Notes: generated by a model not told the origin, from the sequence alone. A stretch of DNA of 64,000 nt from Candidatus Latescibacterota bacterium (GCA_965208125.1 OZ242320.1:3936001-4000000), one strand, 5' to 3'; counted from the first letter of the stretch, positions 37,971-48,857 are shown. Made by a program: numbers and translations.

Positions 37971-38903
37971 CTATAAATCAATTTCAGAGCCCCAGGCGCT
38001 ATTGTTCTGCTGCGAATTTTTCGGCAAAATCAGCGTTAGCGCATCGGGCATAATTTCGAATACCAGTTCTTTTGGGCCTTTCTCAACTTCGCCATCAAAT
38101 TGAAACCAATCGCTTTTTTCGCGCGTGATATGGACTTTTTGGGCTCGAAATATCTCGACGCCGGGCATTCGATCAAAAGTGCCATTAAAAAGTCGATAGG
38201 TATTCAACACCAGGCGAATCCACCCCGGATGTGTAAACACGCATACATCGAGAAGCCCATCATCTGGCATCGCTTGAGGGGCTACGGTTGCGCCGCCTCC
38301 AAAGTCCGGTATGTTGGCTATGGCAACGAACAAAGGCGTGCGCTCAATTTCACTGTCAGAATCCAATTTCAATCGCAATGTCTGAGGGCGATATGAGAGA
38401 AGCGACAGCGCGGTGAGCACCAGGTAGGGCAAGAATCCGCGGCGCCCCGTCCGGCTTGCATACCGATGGGCAACCTCTGCATCTAAGCCAATACCCGCCG
38501 TAGAAAAAAACAGGGCATTGCCCACGCGCCCCACGTCGAGTTTCCGAATCTCTGGATGGATAAAGGCGCGACAGGCTTGTGTCGGGTCGAAAGATAAATT
38601 CAACGCACGCGCAAACGCATTGCCCGATCCAGCGGGTATCACTCCCAGGGGTATCTCTGTAACGAGTAGCGCGCGTCCGACTTCGTTAATGGTGCCATCG
38701 CCGCCAATGGCTACCACCAGGTCGAATCCCATTTCGGATGCGCTTGCTGCCAATTCTGTGGCGTGCCCCGCGTACTGCGTCACTTCAAGGGCGAAATCCA
38801 TTCCCGCTTTTTCGCACGCGTCAATCACGCGAGATCGAATATTGCGTTGCACACCTGCGTGTGGATTCGCAATGAAGAGTACGCGGGAGAATCGCACACT
38901 CAT
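37971..38903 (-). CDS. Diacylglycerol kinase family lipid kinase (YegS-like)
   Basis: NPHAG, GGDGTINEV, PAGSGNAFAR, DDGLLD, QFDGE. Confidence 0.9.
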   Translation of the reverse strand: MSVRFSRVLFIANPHAGVQRNIRSRVIDACEKAGMDFALEVTQYAGHATELAASASEMGFDLVVAIGGDGTINEVGRALLVTEIPLGVIPAGSGNAFARALNLSFDPTQACRAFIHPEIRKLDVGRVGNALFFSTAGIGLDAEVAHRYASRTGRRGFLPYLVLTALSLLSYRPQTLRLKLDSDSEIERTPLFVAIANIPDFGGGATVAPQAMPDDGLLDVCVFTHPGWIRLVLNTYRLFNGTFDRMPGVEIFRAQKVHITREKSDWFQFDGEVEKGPKELVFEIMPDALTLILPKNSQQNNSAWGSEIDL

Positions 38904-39487
38904 GTATGTAAAAAATCGACCAGGGTCTGACCGATATCTCTCAAAATTTTTGGCGAAGGTTGTGATACATCAATTTGTTGCACGATTTCTTTGGGATAAT
39001 GTTCCAATACAGCAATTGTCTGGCGGTCGTACACATCGAATCTTTTGCGAATGATTTGTTCATTTGCGTCATCAATGCGGTATGCGACGAGCGCGCGTCC
39101 AAAGAGGCGTTTGATCAGTACATTGCGGTCTGGACAATCCAATACCATGATCAATTTTACATTTAAGTTCTCATCGGCCATTTGAGCCTGGGCCAGTGTG
39201 CGCGGTAGGCCATCTAAAATCAACGTCTGTTCATCGGGCTTGAAATCGCCAAAATCAGCCAGGCGCTGCATGCGTTCTCGCCACAGTGCAACGACAAATT
39301 CATCGGGCACCAGTTCGCCTTTGCGAATACTCGCCAGAGCCATTTCTCCGGGCTGGCTATTGACGTCCAATGCCCTGAGCATATCGCCACTTGAAAAATG
39401 GTATAAACCTGGTATTTGTTTTAACACACTTCCCCATGTGCCCTTGCCAGCACCGGGGGGTCCAAATAATAAGACAGTATCATACAT
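38900..39487 (-). CDS. Nucleoside monophosphate kinase (adenylate kinase-like, short LID)
   Basis: GPPGAGKGT, SSGDMLR, GELVPD, LDGLPRT, RIDD. Confidence 0.85.
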   Translation of the reverse strand: MYDTVLLFGPPGAGKGTWGSVLKQIPGLYHFSSGDMLRALDVNSQPGEMALASIRKGELVPDEFVVALWRERMQRLADFGDFKPDEQTLILDGLPRTLAQAQMADENLNVKLIMVLDCPDRNVLIKRLFGRALVAYRIDDANEQIIRKRFDVYDRQTIAVLEHYPKEIVQQIDVSQPSPKILRDIGQTLVDFLHT

Positions 39488-39541
39488 TGGTACAACTCCC
39501 GCGTTTGTTTTTTGACAGAATGGAAATGTGAATGTATTTTA

Positions 39542-39570
39542 GTAGGAGCGGGTTTGAAACCCGCTCCTAC
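39542..39570. repeat. GTAG-type REP palindrome
   Basis: GTAGGAGCGGGTTT-G-AAACCCGCTCCTAC, perfect 14-bp arms. Confidence 0.8.
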
Positions 39571-39598
39571 GGATCACCGAACCTTATAGGAGAACATC

Positions 39599-40219
39599 AT
39601 GAACCTCGATCCCGCTGCCGTCTCGCTGACAAAAAACGGCGATAAAATCGAAGCTCTTATCCATGGAAAGACCACGTTTGTCGATCGCCTTGCCCGCGCG
39701 TTTCCCCACAGCAATCCCGATCACTTTGTCAGCTTGATGGATGAATTGGGACACGAAATTGGCATTATTGAAAATCCCAAAAAACTCGACAATGCTTCGC
39801 GCAATTTGCTCGAAGCCGAACTTAAAGACATCTACTTTGTCCCGACCATCAGCGCCATAACTTCCGTCGTATCCAAAGGCACAGGCAGTCAGTGGACTGT
39901 TGATACCGACGATGGCGAATATACTTTCCGCATTATGGGCCGAGACGCGCTCAAGGGCAATGAACCGCCTGCGATTGAAATCACGGATGAAAATGGCAAG
40001 CGATACAAAATTGACAATTACTGGGATCTTGATGCGGAAAGTCGAGACCTGACCTCTGACCTGTTGCCCGATAAAGTTGTCAAGGCGCGCTATTACACCC
40101 GATCCCTCAGTTCGAGTAGTGGTAGAGGCAAAGGCAGAGGTTCGAGCAGTCGCGGTGGTAGTAGTAGTGGCGGTAGTGGCGGTAGTAGCGGCATGGGCGG
40201 ATCGATTGGCATACGGTGA
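39599..40219 (+). CDS. DUF1854-like protein with Ser/Gly/Arg-rich tail
   Basis: RAFPHSNPDHFVSL...EIGII...YFVPTISAI...WTVDTDDG...TDENGKRYKI. Confidence 0.7.
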   Translation: MNLDPAAVSLTKNGDKIEALIHGKTTFVDRLARAFPHSNPDHFVSLMDELGHEIGIIENPKKLDNASRNLLEAELKDIYFVPTISAITSVVSKGTGSQWTVDTDDGEYTFRIMGRDALKGNEPPAIEITDENGKRYKIDNYWDLDAESRDLTSDLLPDKVVKARYYTRSLSSSSGRGKGRGSSSRGGSSSGGSGGSSGMGGSIGIR

Positions 40220-40240
40220 TTCGCCGGGCATAGTGATCTG

Positions 40241-41410
40241 CTACCGCACCCCTAACAATAAGTCGGCCAGCAATTGATCCAGACGCTCATAGCCCAATCC
40301 AACGCGCCCCATTGCATCAATGTCAAACTGCACCTGTTTGAGTGCCAGCGATTTTTCCCGGCTGTATTTTCCCAGATGCTGTTCATATTCGGGGTTCTGG
40401 TTTCCTATTTCTTGCAAGATTCCCTGAATTTCGGCATCCGCTTCAAATTGTGCCGTTTTTTCTTTTAAGATATTGTATGTGCGCATACACCCTGCGGCAA
40501 AATCCCATACCCCGTCTTCGTCTTCTGTACGAAATGCGTGTGCGTCGAAGTGTCTCGGGCCCGCATAACCGTTGTTTTCGAGCAAGCGCACGAGCAAAAA
40601 GGCACTTTTGTAATCTTCTGAGCCAAACCGAAAATCCTGATCATACCGACCAAAACGCTGGTCGTTTAAGTCGATATGAAAGAGTTTGCCCGCTTCGAAT
40701 GCTTGCGCTACACCGTGGTGGAAATTTAACCCCGCCATGTGTTCGTGTGCAACTTCCGGGTTGACGCCTACCATCTCGGGATAATCCAGCGTTTCGATAA
40801 ATGCCAGATAATGTCCGGTTGTGGGAAAGTACATGTCGGCACGCGGTTCATTGGGCTTGGCTTCGAGGGCGAAATTCAAATCGTATTTCTGATCGCGCAC
40901 GTAATCGCACAGATAATTTAAGCCATCCCGATAGCGTTTGAGGGCATCGATGGGATCTTTAGCCACGTTGCATTCGGCACCTTCGCGCCCGCCCCAAAAC
41001 ACATAGGTTTTTGCACCCAATTCGACACCTAAATCAATGGCTTGCATAATTTTTTGCAAGCCATAAGCGCGAATTTTGGGATCGTTGGATGTAAAGCCTC
41101 CATCCTTAAATACGGGATGAGAAAATGTATTGGTGGTTGCCATGGGCACGACCATGCCGTAATCTTTTAGGGCGTTTTTGAAATCGCTTACGATTTTATC
41201 GCGCTGTTGCGGTGTGGCATCAATTGGCACGAGGTCGTTATCGTGCAGGTTAATGCCCCACGCGCCCAGTTCGCTCAAGCGTTGCACAATCCGCTCGGGC
41301 GCAAGTGGTTGGCGCGTTGGATCGCCAAAGGGATCGCGTCCGGGATTTCCCACTGTCCACAAACCAAATGAAAATTTATCTTCTTTTGTGGGGATATATG
41401 CATCGGCCAT
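40241..41410 (-). CDS. xylA: Xylose isomerase, class I
   Basis: [43 protein letters not shown]. Confidence 0.95.
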   Translation of the reverse strand: MADAYIPTKEDKFSFGLWTVGNPGRDPFGDPTRQPLAPERIVQRLSELGAWGINLHDNDLVPIDATPQQRDKIVSDFKNALKDYGMVVPMATTNTFSHPVFKDGGFTSNDPKIRAYGLQKIMQAIDLGVELGAKTYVFWGGREGAECNVAKDPIDALKRYRDGLNYLCDYVRDQKYDLNFALEAKPNEPRADMYFPTTGHYLAFIETLDYPEMVGVNPEVAHEHMAGLNFHHGVAQAFEAGKLFHIDLNDQRFGRYDQDFRFGSEDYKSAFLLVRLLENNGYAGPRHFDAHAFRTEDEDGVWDFAAGCMRTYNILKEKTAQFEADAEIQGILQEIGNQNPEYEQHLGKYSREKSLALKQVQFDIDAMGRVGLGYERLDQLLADLLLGVR

Positions 41411-41536
41411 TGGACCTCCTCAAAATGCGAATTAAAAATTAAAAATGCCAATAAAGCGTTGCAACTTCCGCGTGCAAAATATCATGGTGAAGTCTGACTG
41501 TCAATGGACAATTCCACAACTCATCGGGAGCACAAA

Positions 41537-42772
41537 ATGATTATTCGCGATCCCGTTCACGGCGATATGTCTTTTAATGAATCCGAGCGCCGGGTTATGG
41601 ACACGCGACAAATGCAACGCCTGCGCGGCGTGCGACAAACAGGATCGGCATATCTGGTTTATCCTGGCTGTGTACACACGCGATTTGAACACTCGCTGGG
41701 AACAACGGCGATGTCGCGTCGCATGCTTGATGTTTTGAGACGTGGCGGCGCGCAAATTGATCCCGAACAGGCCGATGCGGTCGCGCTGGCCGCACTGGTT
41801 CACGACATTTCGCACTTGCCCTTTGGACATACGTTTGAAGATGAACGCAAGCTTTTTCCTCGCCACGACACAGCCGCTCGCATGAAACATTTTCTGACGC
41901 AAACAGAAATCGCGCAAGCACTCGATGCTTCGGGCCTACGCGATACGGTGGTTTCTCTGCTTACGGATAAATCGTTTTCACCGACGTGGATGCAGCAGAT
42001 TGTGTCCAGCACCATCGATGCCGATTTGCTCGATTATTTGCGTCGCGATGCGTATTTTGCAGGCCTGCGCCAGGATTATGACGACCGAATTTTTAGTACC
42101 TTTATGCTTGCCGATGAAAATCTCGCGATTGATGTGACCCGTCTCAGCACGCGCACCGAGTTGCTGCATTTGCTGCGGTTGCGCTATTTTCTCACCGAGC
42201 GCGTTTATTATCACCATGCCAAGGTATCGTCGGGTGCTATGATCGCCAAAGCCGTTGAGATCGCCACCGAACACGGTCTTGCCGAAACCGATCTGTACAC
42301 TTTGACGGACGATGCCCTTTTTCGCCATTTGCTCAGCTATGAAGACCCGCGCATTGACCGTTTGATCAACGGCGTTTGCGAACGGCGTTTGCTCAAACGC
42401 GCCTATATGATTTCGACTGCCGAAGTGGGGCGCCGAGGGCGCGATGAGTTGATTGCCACCTACAATCGATCTGTCGAGAGTAGGCAGCAGATCGAGCGAC
42501 GAATCGCCGATGCTGTGACCATTAACCCCGATCAGGTTATTCTCTATTGTCCAGATATCTCGGCCATCAAAGAAGCGCGCGTGCGCGTTGTTACGCGAAA
42601 TGGCTTGAGCCGTCTGAACGATCCGCCCGACAATCCGCCTTTTGATGTAAAGGTCGTGGAAGACCAATATGAACGACTCTGGAAATTCTACATTTTTGCA
42701 CCCGAAGGTTATAGAGAGCGCGTTGGAAAAGTGAGTGAGCGCGTATTTGGCGAACCAAACGCGCTGGTTTAA
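41537..42772 (+). CDS. HD-domain phosphohydrolase (SAMHD1/dNTPase-like)
   Basis: IRDPVHG, QRLRGVRQ, HTRFEHSLG, HDISHLPFGH, DADLLDYLRRD, VYYHH. Confidence 0.88.
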   Translation: MIIRDPVHGDMSFNESERRVMDTRQMQRLRGVRQTGSAYLVYPGCVHTRFEHSLGTTAMSRRMLDVLRRGGAQIDPEQADAVALAALVHDISHLPFGHTFEDERKLFPRHDTAARMKHFLTQTEIAQALDASGLRDTVVSLLTDKSFSPTWMQQIVSSTIDADLLDYLRRDAYFAGLRQDYDDRIFSTFMLADENLAIDVTRLSTRTELLHLLRLRYFLTERVYYHHAKVSSGAMIAKAVEIATEHGLAETDLYTLTDDALFRHLLSYEDPRIDRLINGVCERRLLKRAYMISTAEVGRRGRDELIATYNRSVESRQQIERRIADAVTINPDQVILYCPDISAIKEARVRVVTRNGLSRLNDPPDNPPFDVKVVEDQYERLWKFYIFAPEGYRERVGKVSERVFGEPNALV

Positions 42773-42776
42773 AAGC

Positions 42777-42839
42777 GTGAGACGTAAGACGTGAGAGAGG
42801 GAAGGGGGGTCCTCTCACCTCTTGCGTCTCACATCTCAC
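42777..42839. repeat. Heptamer-periodic inverted repeat
   Basis: GTGAGAC GTAAGAC GTGAGAG ... CTCTCAC CTCTTGC GTCTCAC ATCTCAC between convergent genes. Confidence 0.7.
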
Positions 42840-43347
42840 TGATTTTCCGTTGTGATCGGTGTTTGACGCGATCGAATAACGGCATATCTGCCCGTCCTGT
42901 GCGTTCCATCTTCCTGTGGCATGAAGGGCACAGGCTGATCAGATTGCTCAGTTGATTGGCCTCTTTTGGCGAGTCGAAAAGCCGGTACGGTATTTTGTGA
43001 TGCACATCCATCTGACGTCCGAGCGCGTCTTCTGTAATCCCGCAAGAAGCGCAGCAAAACCCATCGCGCACGCGCGCCTTGCTCGCCTGTATTTTCCAAT
43101 TTCCCCCGCGATACTCTGGGCGGCCTTCCAGCACGAGTTCAAAATCCTCGTCAGATTCCCAATGGGTTCTGCACTTATTGCTGCAAAATAGGGAACTCAT
43201 GCCCTTTTCAACATACCAGCGCGGCTGGATAAATCGCTTGCTACATTGCATACATCTCACGGCGATCTCGTCTTCGCGCCGAACTTTTTGTTCCTCTCCA
43301 AAGGGCAGACGCATTTGCGGCGATGATAGATGCTTTTTTAAGTTCAT
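42829..43347 (-). CDS. HNH endonuclease with N-terminal zinc finger
   Basis: CMQC...FCSNKC; RDGFCCASCG...DVHHKIP...NLISLCPSCH. Confidence 0.85.
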   Translation of the reverse strand: MNLKKHLSSPQMRLPFGEEQKVRREDEIAVRCMQCSKRFIQPRWYVEKGMSSLFCSNKCRTHWESDEDFELVLEGRPEYRGGNWKIQASKARVRDGFCCASCGITEDALGRQMDVHHKIPYRLFDSPKEANQLSNLISLCPSCHRKMERTGRADMPLFDRVKHRSQRKISEM

Positions 43348-43521
43348 CGTTTTAAATCCTCACCCAGTTATATGACCACAAATAGCGAGCTCACGATCCA
43401 AATATAGGTTGGAATAAATTACAAGTCCATAGAAAGAATAGATTGTGCCCCACGTAGAGATTGGATATTGTATCTGAATTTATTATAATTATCCGCACTT
43501 ATACCTGAACAGGAGAAACCC

Positions 43522-45900
43522 GTGTTTAAGAATTATATCACAATCGCGATCCGCAATTTTTTGGGACAAAAAACCCATTCCCTGATCAATATTGCGGGGC
43601 TTTCCGTGGGCTTGACCTGTAGTTTTTTAATTTTTATGTGGATTGCCCACGAACTCAGCTACGATCAATTCCATGTGGAAGGCGACCGAATCTACCGCTT
43701 CATGCGACATCATCACGGCATGAATAAGATCTCGACGTTGTCTTCTATCCCGCAGCCGAGTGCCAAATTGCTGGAAGAGCGATATCCCGAAGTTACCGAG
43801 ACCGTGCTTGTGACCTGGACTCAGCCCATACTTTTGACACAGGGGAAACAGACTTTTCGGGAGCGCGGATATCACGCTGGACCGGCTTTTTTTAAGATTT
43901 TCACCTTTCCCCTCATCCTGGGCGATCCCGAAACCGCGCTTGCGGAACCGAATAATATCGCCATCTCAGAGCGACTGGCCGAGAAGTATTTTGGAGAGGA
44001 TTGGCGAAGTATTGCGATGGGGCAGATATTTGTGGTGAATAGTACGCACGCGCTGATGCAATACGATAACAAAAGTTTTAAGGTGGCCGGGGTTTATGAA
44101 AACATGCCCGTAAATTCGAGGCAAAGATATGACTGTATTTTGCCAATGGCATCTTATCTGGCCAATAAACGCGGTTTTTCTCAGTGGACGGTGAATCACC
44201 TTCGGCTATACGTTCAGTTGCAAAAGGATGTCAATATCGATCAATTCAATGTCAAGATAAAAAATATTATTAAGGAGAATGATAAGACGGTTACAAGCGA
44301 TGCTTTTTTACAACCCTATCAGGATATGCATCTGTATTCCGACTACAGGAATGGCAAACTGGTCGGTGGTCGGATTGACTATGTGCGTATGTTTATTGTC
44401 GTGGCTGTGTTCATCATCCTGATCGCGAGTATCAACTTTATGAATTTATCGACTGCGCGTTCTACACAACGCGCCCGGGAAATTGGGATTCGCAAGGTTG
44501 CTGGGGCACATAAAACAATTCTAATTGGGCAGTTTATGGGAGAGTCTCTCATGATGACCATGTTCGCTGCTATTCTGGCTCTGGTCATGGTCATTTTGGC
44601 TTTGCCGTCGTTTAGCGATTTGATTAATCAGACGCTCACGACGGATCTTTTCAGTATCGAGATTCTTCTCATTTTTTTTGGCATTGCGATTGTAACCGGG
44701 TTGCTCGCGGGAAGCTATCCCGCTTTTTTCCTGTCCAATTTTAATCCCGTCGTTGTTTTGCGCGGTACCTTTACACCGGGGTCGGGTTCGAGTCAGTTGC
44801 GCCGGGTGCTGGTGGTGTTCCAATTTGGTCTTTCTATTTTGCTCATTATCGGTACGCTGACGGTTTATGAGCAGATTGCGTATATGCGGAATAAAGATCT
44901 GGGAATTGACCGCGATAATCTGGTGTATATGCGGTTGGAGGGGGCAGCTAAGAGGCAGTATGAGGCTTTCAGACACGAACTTTTGCGACAGCCCGGCATT
45001 GTCGGTGTGACCAGTACCGCACACAATCCACTCAGGGTAACGAGTACCGGGACAAATGCCATGTGGGCGGGGCGAGATCCCAATTCAGAACATATTTTCC
45101 ACAGGTTACAGGCCAACTACGATGTGGTCAATACCCTGCAAATGGAGCTTGTTCACGGGCGCGAATTTTCCAGAGATTTTCCCGGCGATCTCAGAAGTTT
45201 TATGGTGAATGAAGAAATGGCCCGGGTTATGGGTATGGAAAACCCGGTTGGCACCCGTCTGCGGTTTGGTCGCGAAGGTCCAATTATTGGTGTAGTTAAA
45301 AATTTTCATTTTCAATCACTGTACACTGCTATCGAACCGCTGATTATTCTTTTAAGTCCCACCCGGACAGAGTATTTGTTTGTTCGTATTGCCGCGGGAC
45401 AAACGGCTGAGGCTATTGCAGGTATTGAGAGGGTATTTAAAAAATTCAATAATCGTCCTTTTGCATTTTCTTTTCAGGACGAACAGTTTGAAAGCATGTA
45501 TCGCACCGAAAGCACAATGGGTACTCTGGCCACTTTTTTTGCAATTTTCGCCATTTTTATTTCTTGCCTGGGGCTGTTTGGCCTGGCGTCCTATACCGCC
45601 GAACAACGCACTAAGGAAATCGGTATTAGAAAAATTCTCGGCGCGTCTATCCCCAATCTCGTCATTCTGCTTTCCAAAGAGTTTATCAGGCTGGTTGTCA
45701 TCTCCTTTGCGCTGGCCGCTCCGCTGGCCTATCACTTTATGACCGAGTGGTTAAATGATTTTGCCTACCACACATCTCTGGGCTGGCGCGTCTTTGTTTT
45801 CGCTGGCATCCTGTCTCTGATTATCGCCTGCCTTACCGTGAGCTATCAAGCGATCAAAGTCGCCATGGCCAATCCCGTTGAGTCGTTGCGGTACGAGTGA
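43522..45900 (+). CDS. MacB/FtsX-family ABC permease (duplicated type)
   Basis: KNYITIAIRNF, ASINFMNLSTAR...REIGIRK, EQRTKEIGIRKILGAS, NPVESLRYE. Confidence 0.9.
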   Translation: MFKNYITIAIRNFLGQKTHSLINIAGLSVGLTCSFLIFMWIAHELSYDQFHVEGDRIYRFMRHHHGMNKISTLSSIPQPSAKLLEERYPEVTETVLVTWTQPILLTQGKQTFRERGYHAGPAFFKIFTFPLILGDPETALAEPNNIAISERLAEKYFGEDWRSIAMGQIFVVNSTHALMQYDNKSFKVAGVYENMPVNSRQRYDCILPMASYLANKRGFSQWTVNHLRLYVQLQKDVNIDQFNVKIKNIIKENDKTVTSDAFLQPYQDMHLYSDYRNGKLVGGRIDYVRMFIVVAVFIILIASINFMNLSTARSTQRAREIGIRKVAGAHKTILIGQFMGESLMMTMFAAILALVMVILALPSFSDLINQTLTTDLFSIEILLIFFGIAIVTGLLAGSYPAFFLSNFNPVVVLRGTFTPGSGSSQLRRVLVVFQFGLSILLIIGTLTVYEQIAYMRNKDLGIDRDNLVYMRLEGAAKRQYEAFRHELLRQPGIVGVTSTAHNPLRVTSTGTNAMWAGRDPNSEHIFHRLQANYDVVNTLQMELVHGREFSRDFPGDLRSFMVNEEMARVMGMENPVGTRLRFGREGPIIGVVKNFHFQSLYTAIEPLIILLSPTRTEYLFVRIAAGQTAEAIAGIERVFKKFNNRPFAFSFQDEQFESMYRTESTMGTLATFFAIFAIFISCLGLFGLASYTAEQRTKEIGIRKILGASIPNLVILLSKEFIRLVVISFALAAPLAYHFMTEWLNDFAYHTSLGWRVFVFAGILSLIIACLTVSYQAIKVAMANPVESLRYE

Positions 45901-45927
45901 GACTTAACTGTATAATGAGGATAATCT

Positions 45928-46704
45928 ATGGAATCTCTGACCCTGCTTTCGGGCCATGCAATGCCTGTTGTCGGTCTCGGTACCTGGCCGATGAGAGGCA
46001 ATCAATGTAAAGAGGTCATCAAACAGGCTCTCGAATTGGGCTATACGCACTTCGATACGGCCTGGATATACCAGAACCAGCGCGAAATCGGCGAAGCCCT
46101 CCGAGAGGCAGGTGCTGATCGTTCGCAACTGTTCATTACTTCTAAAGTTGGTAGAGATTATCTGCAATATGACGTCGCGATAAAACAAGCCGACGATATT
46201 CTCGAATATCTCCAGATGGACTACGTGGATTTGTTGCTCGTCCACTGGCCCAACGAAGCCGTGCCTATGGAGGGAACCATTCGCGCTTTCAACGAGTTTT
46301 TCGATGCGGGAAAAGCGAGAAGTATTGGGGTTAGCAACTTTTCGGTCGAACAAATGGAACGCGCCCGTTCTCTCTCCGCAGCACCTATCAGTGTCAACCA
46401 GATCAAATACCATCCGGGCTACGAACAGCGAGATGTTCTGCAATGGTGCCTGGAAAACGATGTGGTGGTGACTGCGTATTCCCCTCTGGGGAAGAAGGGT
46501 ATTCTTCGGGATTCCGTATTGCTGGACATCGCCCGCGTCCACGGCAAGACCTCTGCACATGTCGCTCTCAAGTGGTTGGTGCAAAAAGGCATGATCGTTA
46601 TTCCCAAAGCGAGTTCCAGAGCACATCTCCAGGCGAATCTCGATGTTTTTGATTGGTCCTTATCTGAAAGCGAGATGCAGTCCATTGACCTCATAGCGGG
46701 GTAA
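45928..46704 (+). CDS. Aldo/keto reductase
   Basis: GLGTW, DTAWIY, DLLLVHWP, IGVSNF, IPKAS. Confidence 0.92.
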   Translation: MESLTLLSGHAMPVVGLGTWPMRGNQCKEVIKQALELGYTHFDTAWIYQNQREIGEALREAGADRSQLFITSKVGRDYLQYDVAIKQADDILEYLQMDYVDLLLVHWPNEAVPMEGTIRAFNEFFDAGKARSIGVSNFSVEQMERARSLSAAPISVNQIKYHPGYEQRDVLQWCLENDVVVTAYSPLGKKGILRDSVLLDIARVHGKTSAHVALKWLVQKGMIVIPKASSRAHLQANLDVFDWSLSESEMQSIDLIAG

Positions 46705-46709
46705 ACGAA

Positions 46710-48344
46710 ATGAATGAGAAAAACAGGCCCAATGTCGTTCTTATCATTACGGACGATCAGGGGTACGGAACTGTGGAGGTGCATGGGAATGATCAGGTCA
46801 GGACGCCCAATATGGATCGTTTGGCCAATGAAGGGGTAGCGTTTGACCGTTTCTACGGGCATCCGCTTTGTTCGCCTTCTCGAGCCGCATTGATGACGGG
46901 GCGGTATTTCTATCGAACCGGAATTCTACACACGTCCCGAGGGGGTGCATTAATGTCGGGCGATGAGGTCACTGCCGCCGAGCTGTTTCGAGATGCCGGG
47001 TACCGCACCGGGATTTTCGGGAAGTGGCATCTCGGTGACAATTACCCAATGAGGCCAATGGACCAGGGATTTGAGAAAGCCGTGTGGCACAAAGGTGGAG
47101 GGATCGGGCAAACCCCCGTAAGGCCAAATAGCTACTTTAACTCACTTTTGTGGCGAGAGGGGGAAGAGTTCCAGGCGAAAGGGTACTGCACGGATGTCTT
47201 CTTTGACGAGGCCCTCGCGTTCATCGAAGAACATCAAAGCGAGCCCTTTTTCATCTACATTCCGACAAACGCGCCGCACGATCCTCTCGAGATCAGTGAC
47301 GAATATGCAGATCCCTATCGCGAGATGGGGCTGGATGACAGCGTCGCACGAATCTATGGGATGGTCGAGAATATCGATGACAATATTGGGCGACTTATGG
47401 AACTGCTGGAACGTCTTGGTCTGGATGAGGATACAATCATCATCTTTACATCCGACCACGGTCCCGCGGGCGGCAGGTACAATGCCGGACTCAGATCCAC
47501 AAAAGGAGACGTGTACGAAGGCGGGATTCGCGTTCCGTATTTCATGAGGTGGCCGAAAGGGATACCGGCTGGTTTCAAAACCGACAAGATTGCCTCACAC
47601 ATCGATGTTCTGCCCACTTTGTTGTCGCTTTGTAACGTGGATTTTCCCTCTGATCTCAGGATGGATGGCGTGGATCTGACGCCGCTGATTCGAGGTCATG
47701 AAGTGGAATGGCTTGATCGCACACTTTTCATTCAGACACACCGGGGGAGCCATCCGCGACAGTACCACAACTGTACGGCGATCACCCAGCGCTACAAGTG
47801 GTTGGGTTATCCCGGTACCGGTGGACAATGGGATTTTGAGGCTTCTTCGACAGACCCCGTGATGGAGCTGTACGATCTCGAAGATGATCCCGGCGAAGAG
47901 AAAGAGATAGGTGGTCAGATGCCCGTTCTCGTTGAGCAGATGAAGAGAGACTACGATGCCTGGTTCGACGATGTAGCTTCGGATTGGCAGGCGGGGGTCA
48001 TTCACATGGGGAATTCGGCTGAGAATCCTCTCACGCTGTGTCGATATCAGGATTCAGAATACATATCGGAACTGCCACACGGCTGGCGTGTGAAGATCGA
48101 ACAGAGCGGAACTTATGAGTTTCGAATCAACCGTGGGTCGCTAAATGGCGCAGGTGCCCTCGGGGTTCAGTGGCAGAGGGATACTCAGAGAAGCCCACTG
48201 GCTGCGGGAGAGAATACAGGACGATTCGAGCTTGAAGCGGGGGACGGCAAGCTGGAGATTTGGTTCGAGCTCGAAGACATAGGTCGCGTGACGTTTTCAA
48301 GCAATTTGACGATTGGGGATGTGGAGGTGGATTACCTGGGGTAG
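46710..48344 (+). CDS. Arylsulfatase (S1, Cys-type)
   Basis: TDDQG, CSPSRAALMTGR, GKWHLG, SDHG, YEGGIRVP. Confidence 0.92.
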   Translation: MNEKNRPNVVLIITDDQGYGTVEVHGNDQVRTPNMDRLANEGVAFDRFYGHPLCSPSRAALMTGRYFYRTGILHTSRGGALMSGDEVTAAELFRDAGYRTGIFGKWHLGDNYPMRPMDQGFEKAVWHKGGGIGQTPVRPNSYFNSLLWREGEEFQAKGYCTDVFFDEALAFIEEHQSEPFFIYIPTNAPHDPLEISDEYADPYREMGLDDSVARIYGMVENIDDNIGRLMELLERLGLDEDTIIIFTSDHGPAGGRYNAGLRSTKGDVYEGGIRVPYFMRWPKGIPAGFKTDKIASHIDVLPTLLSLCNVDFPSDLRMDGVDLTPLIRGHEVEWLDRTLFIQTHRGSHPRQYHNCTAITQRYKWLGYPGTGGQWDFEASSTDPVMELYDLEDDPGEEKEIGGQMPVLVEQMKRDYDAWFDDVASDWQAGVIHMGNSAENPLTLCRYQDSEYISELPHGWRVKIEQSGTYEFRINRGSLNGAGALGVQWQRDTQRSPLAAGENTGRFELEAGDGKLEIWFELEDIGRVTFSSNLTIGDVEVDYLG

Positions 48345-48404
48345 GGATAAAACGGTGCGGAATTGTAAAGATGGATGTAAGGTGTCTATTCAAAGCTGTA
48401 ACCT

Positions 48405-48857
48405 ATGAATCTTTATAATTTGTCGATATTACGCAAAGGACAATTCCGACAGGATCTGTATGACGGATATGATAATGATGTACTGTCCAACCCACTATTG
48501 GTCTTCCAAGTCGTTGACCGCGTTACTACGGAAGGAGGCACAGTCCAAAAGATCATGGCAGGGGTAGTGTGCGATCAGACGACAGGTGAACCTCAGACTC
48601 TGCTTAAAGATTGGAAGATGTTGTCAAAGCTCAATCAGATCTCTGAAGCACGAGGAGTACGTAGAAGTGAGGGGGCCAGATCGCCAGAGGATTTAGGCGT
48701 TATTGAAGCCGCAGTTAGCAATGGATTTGGTTTTGTCGAGCGACAGCTAGGTACTTTGGGTGTGCGGTTCAATGTGCCAGATGTGGAAATTATGGCTGTT
48801 TTTTGGCCAGGGATGTCAGAGGATCAGCCGCCAATAGAGACAATGTGCCTATTTTAG
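48405..48857 (+). CDS. Hypothetical protein, possibly the 3' remnant of a larger gene
   Basis: 150 aa ORF, no clear RBS and no recognised motif. Confidence 0.35.
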   Translation: MNLYNLSILRKGQFRQDLYDGYDNDVLSNPLLVFQVVDRVTTEGGTVQKIMAGVVCDQTTGEPQTLLKDWKMLSKLNQISEARGVRRSEGARSPEDLGVIEAAVSNGFGFVERQLGTLGVRFNVPDVEIMAVFWPGMSEDQPPIETMCLF

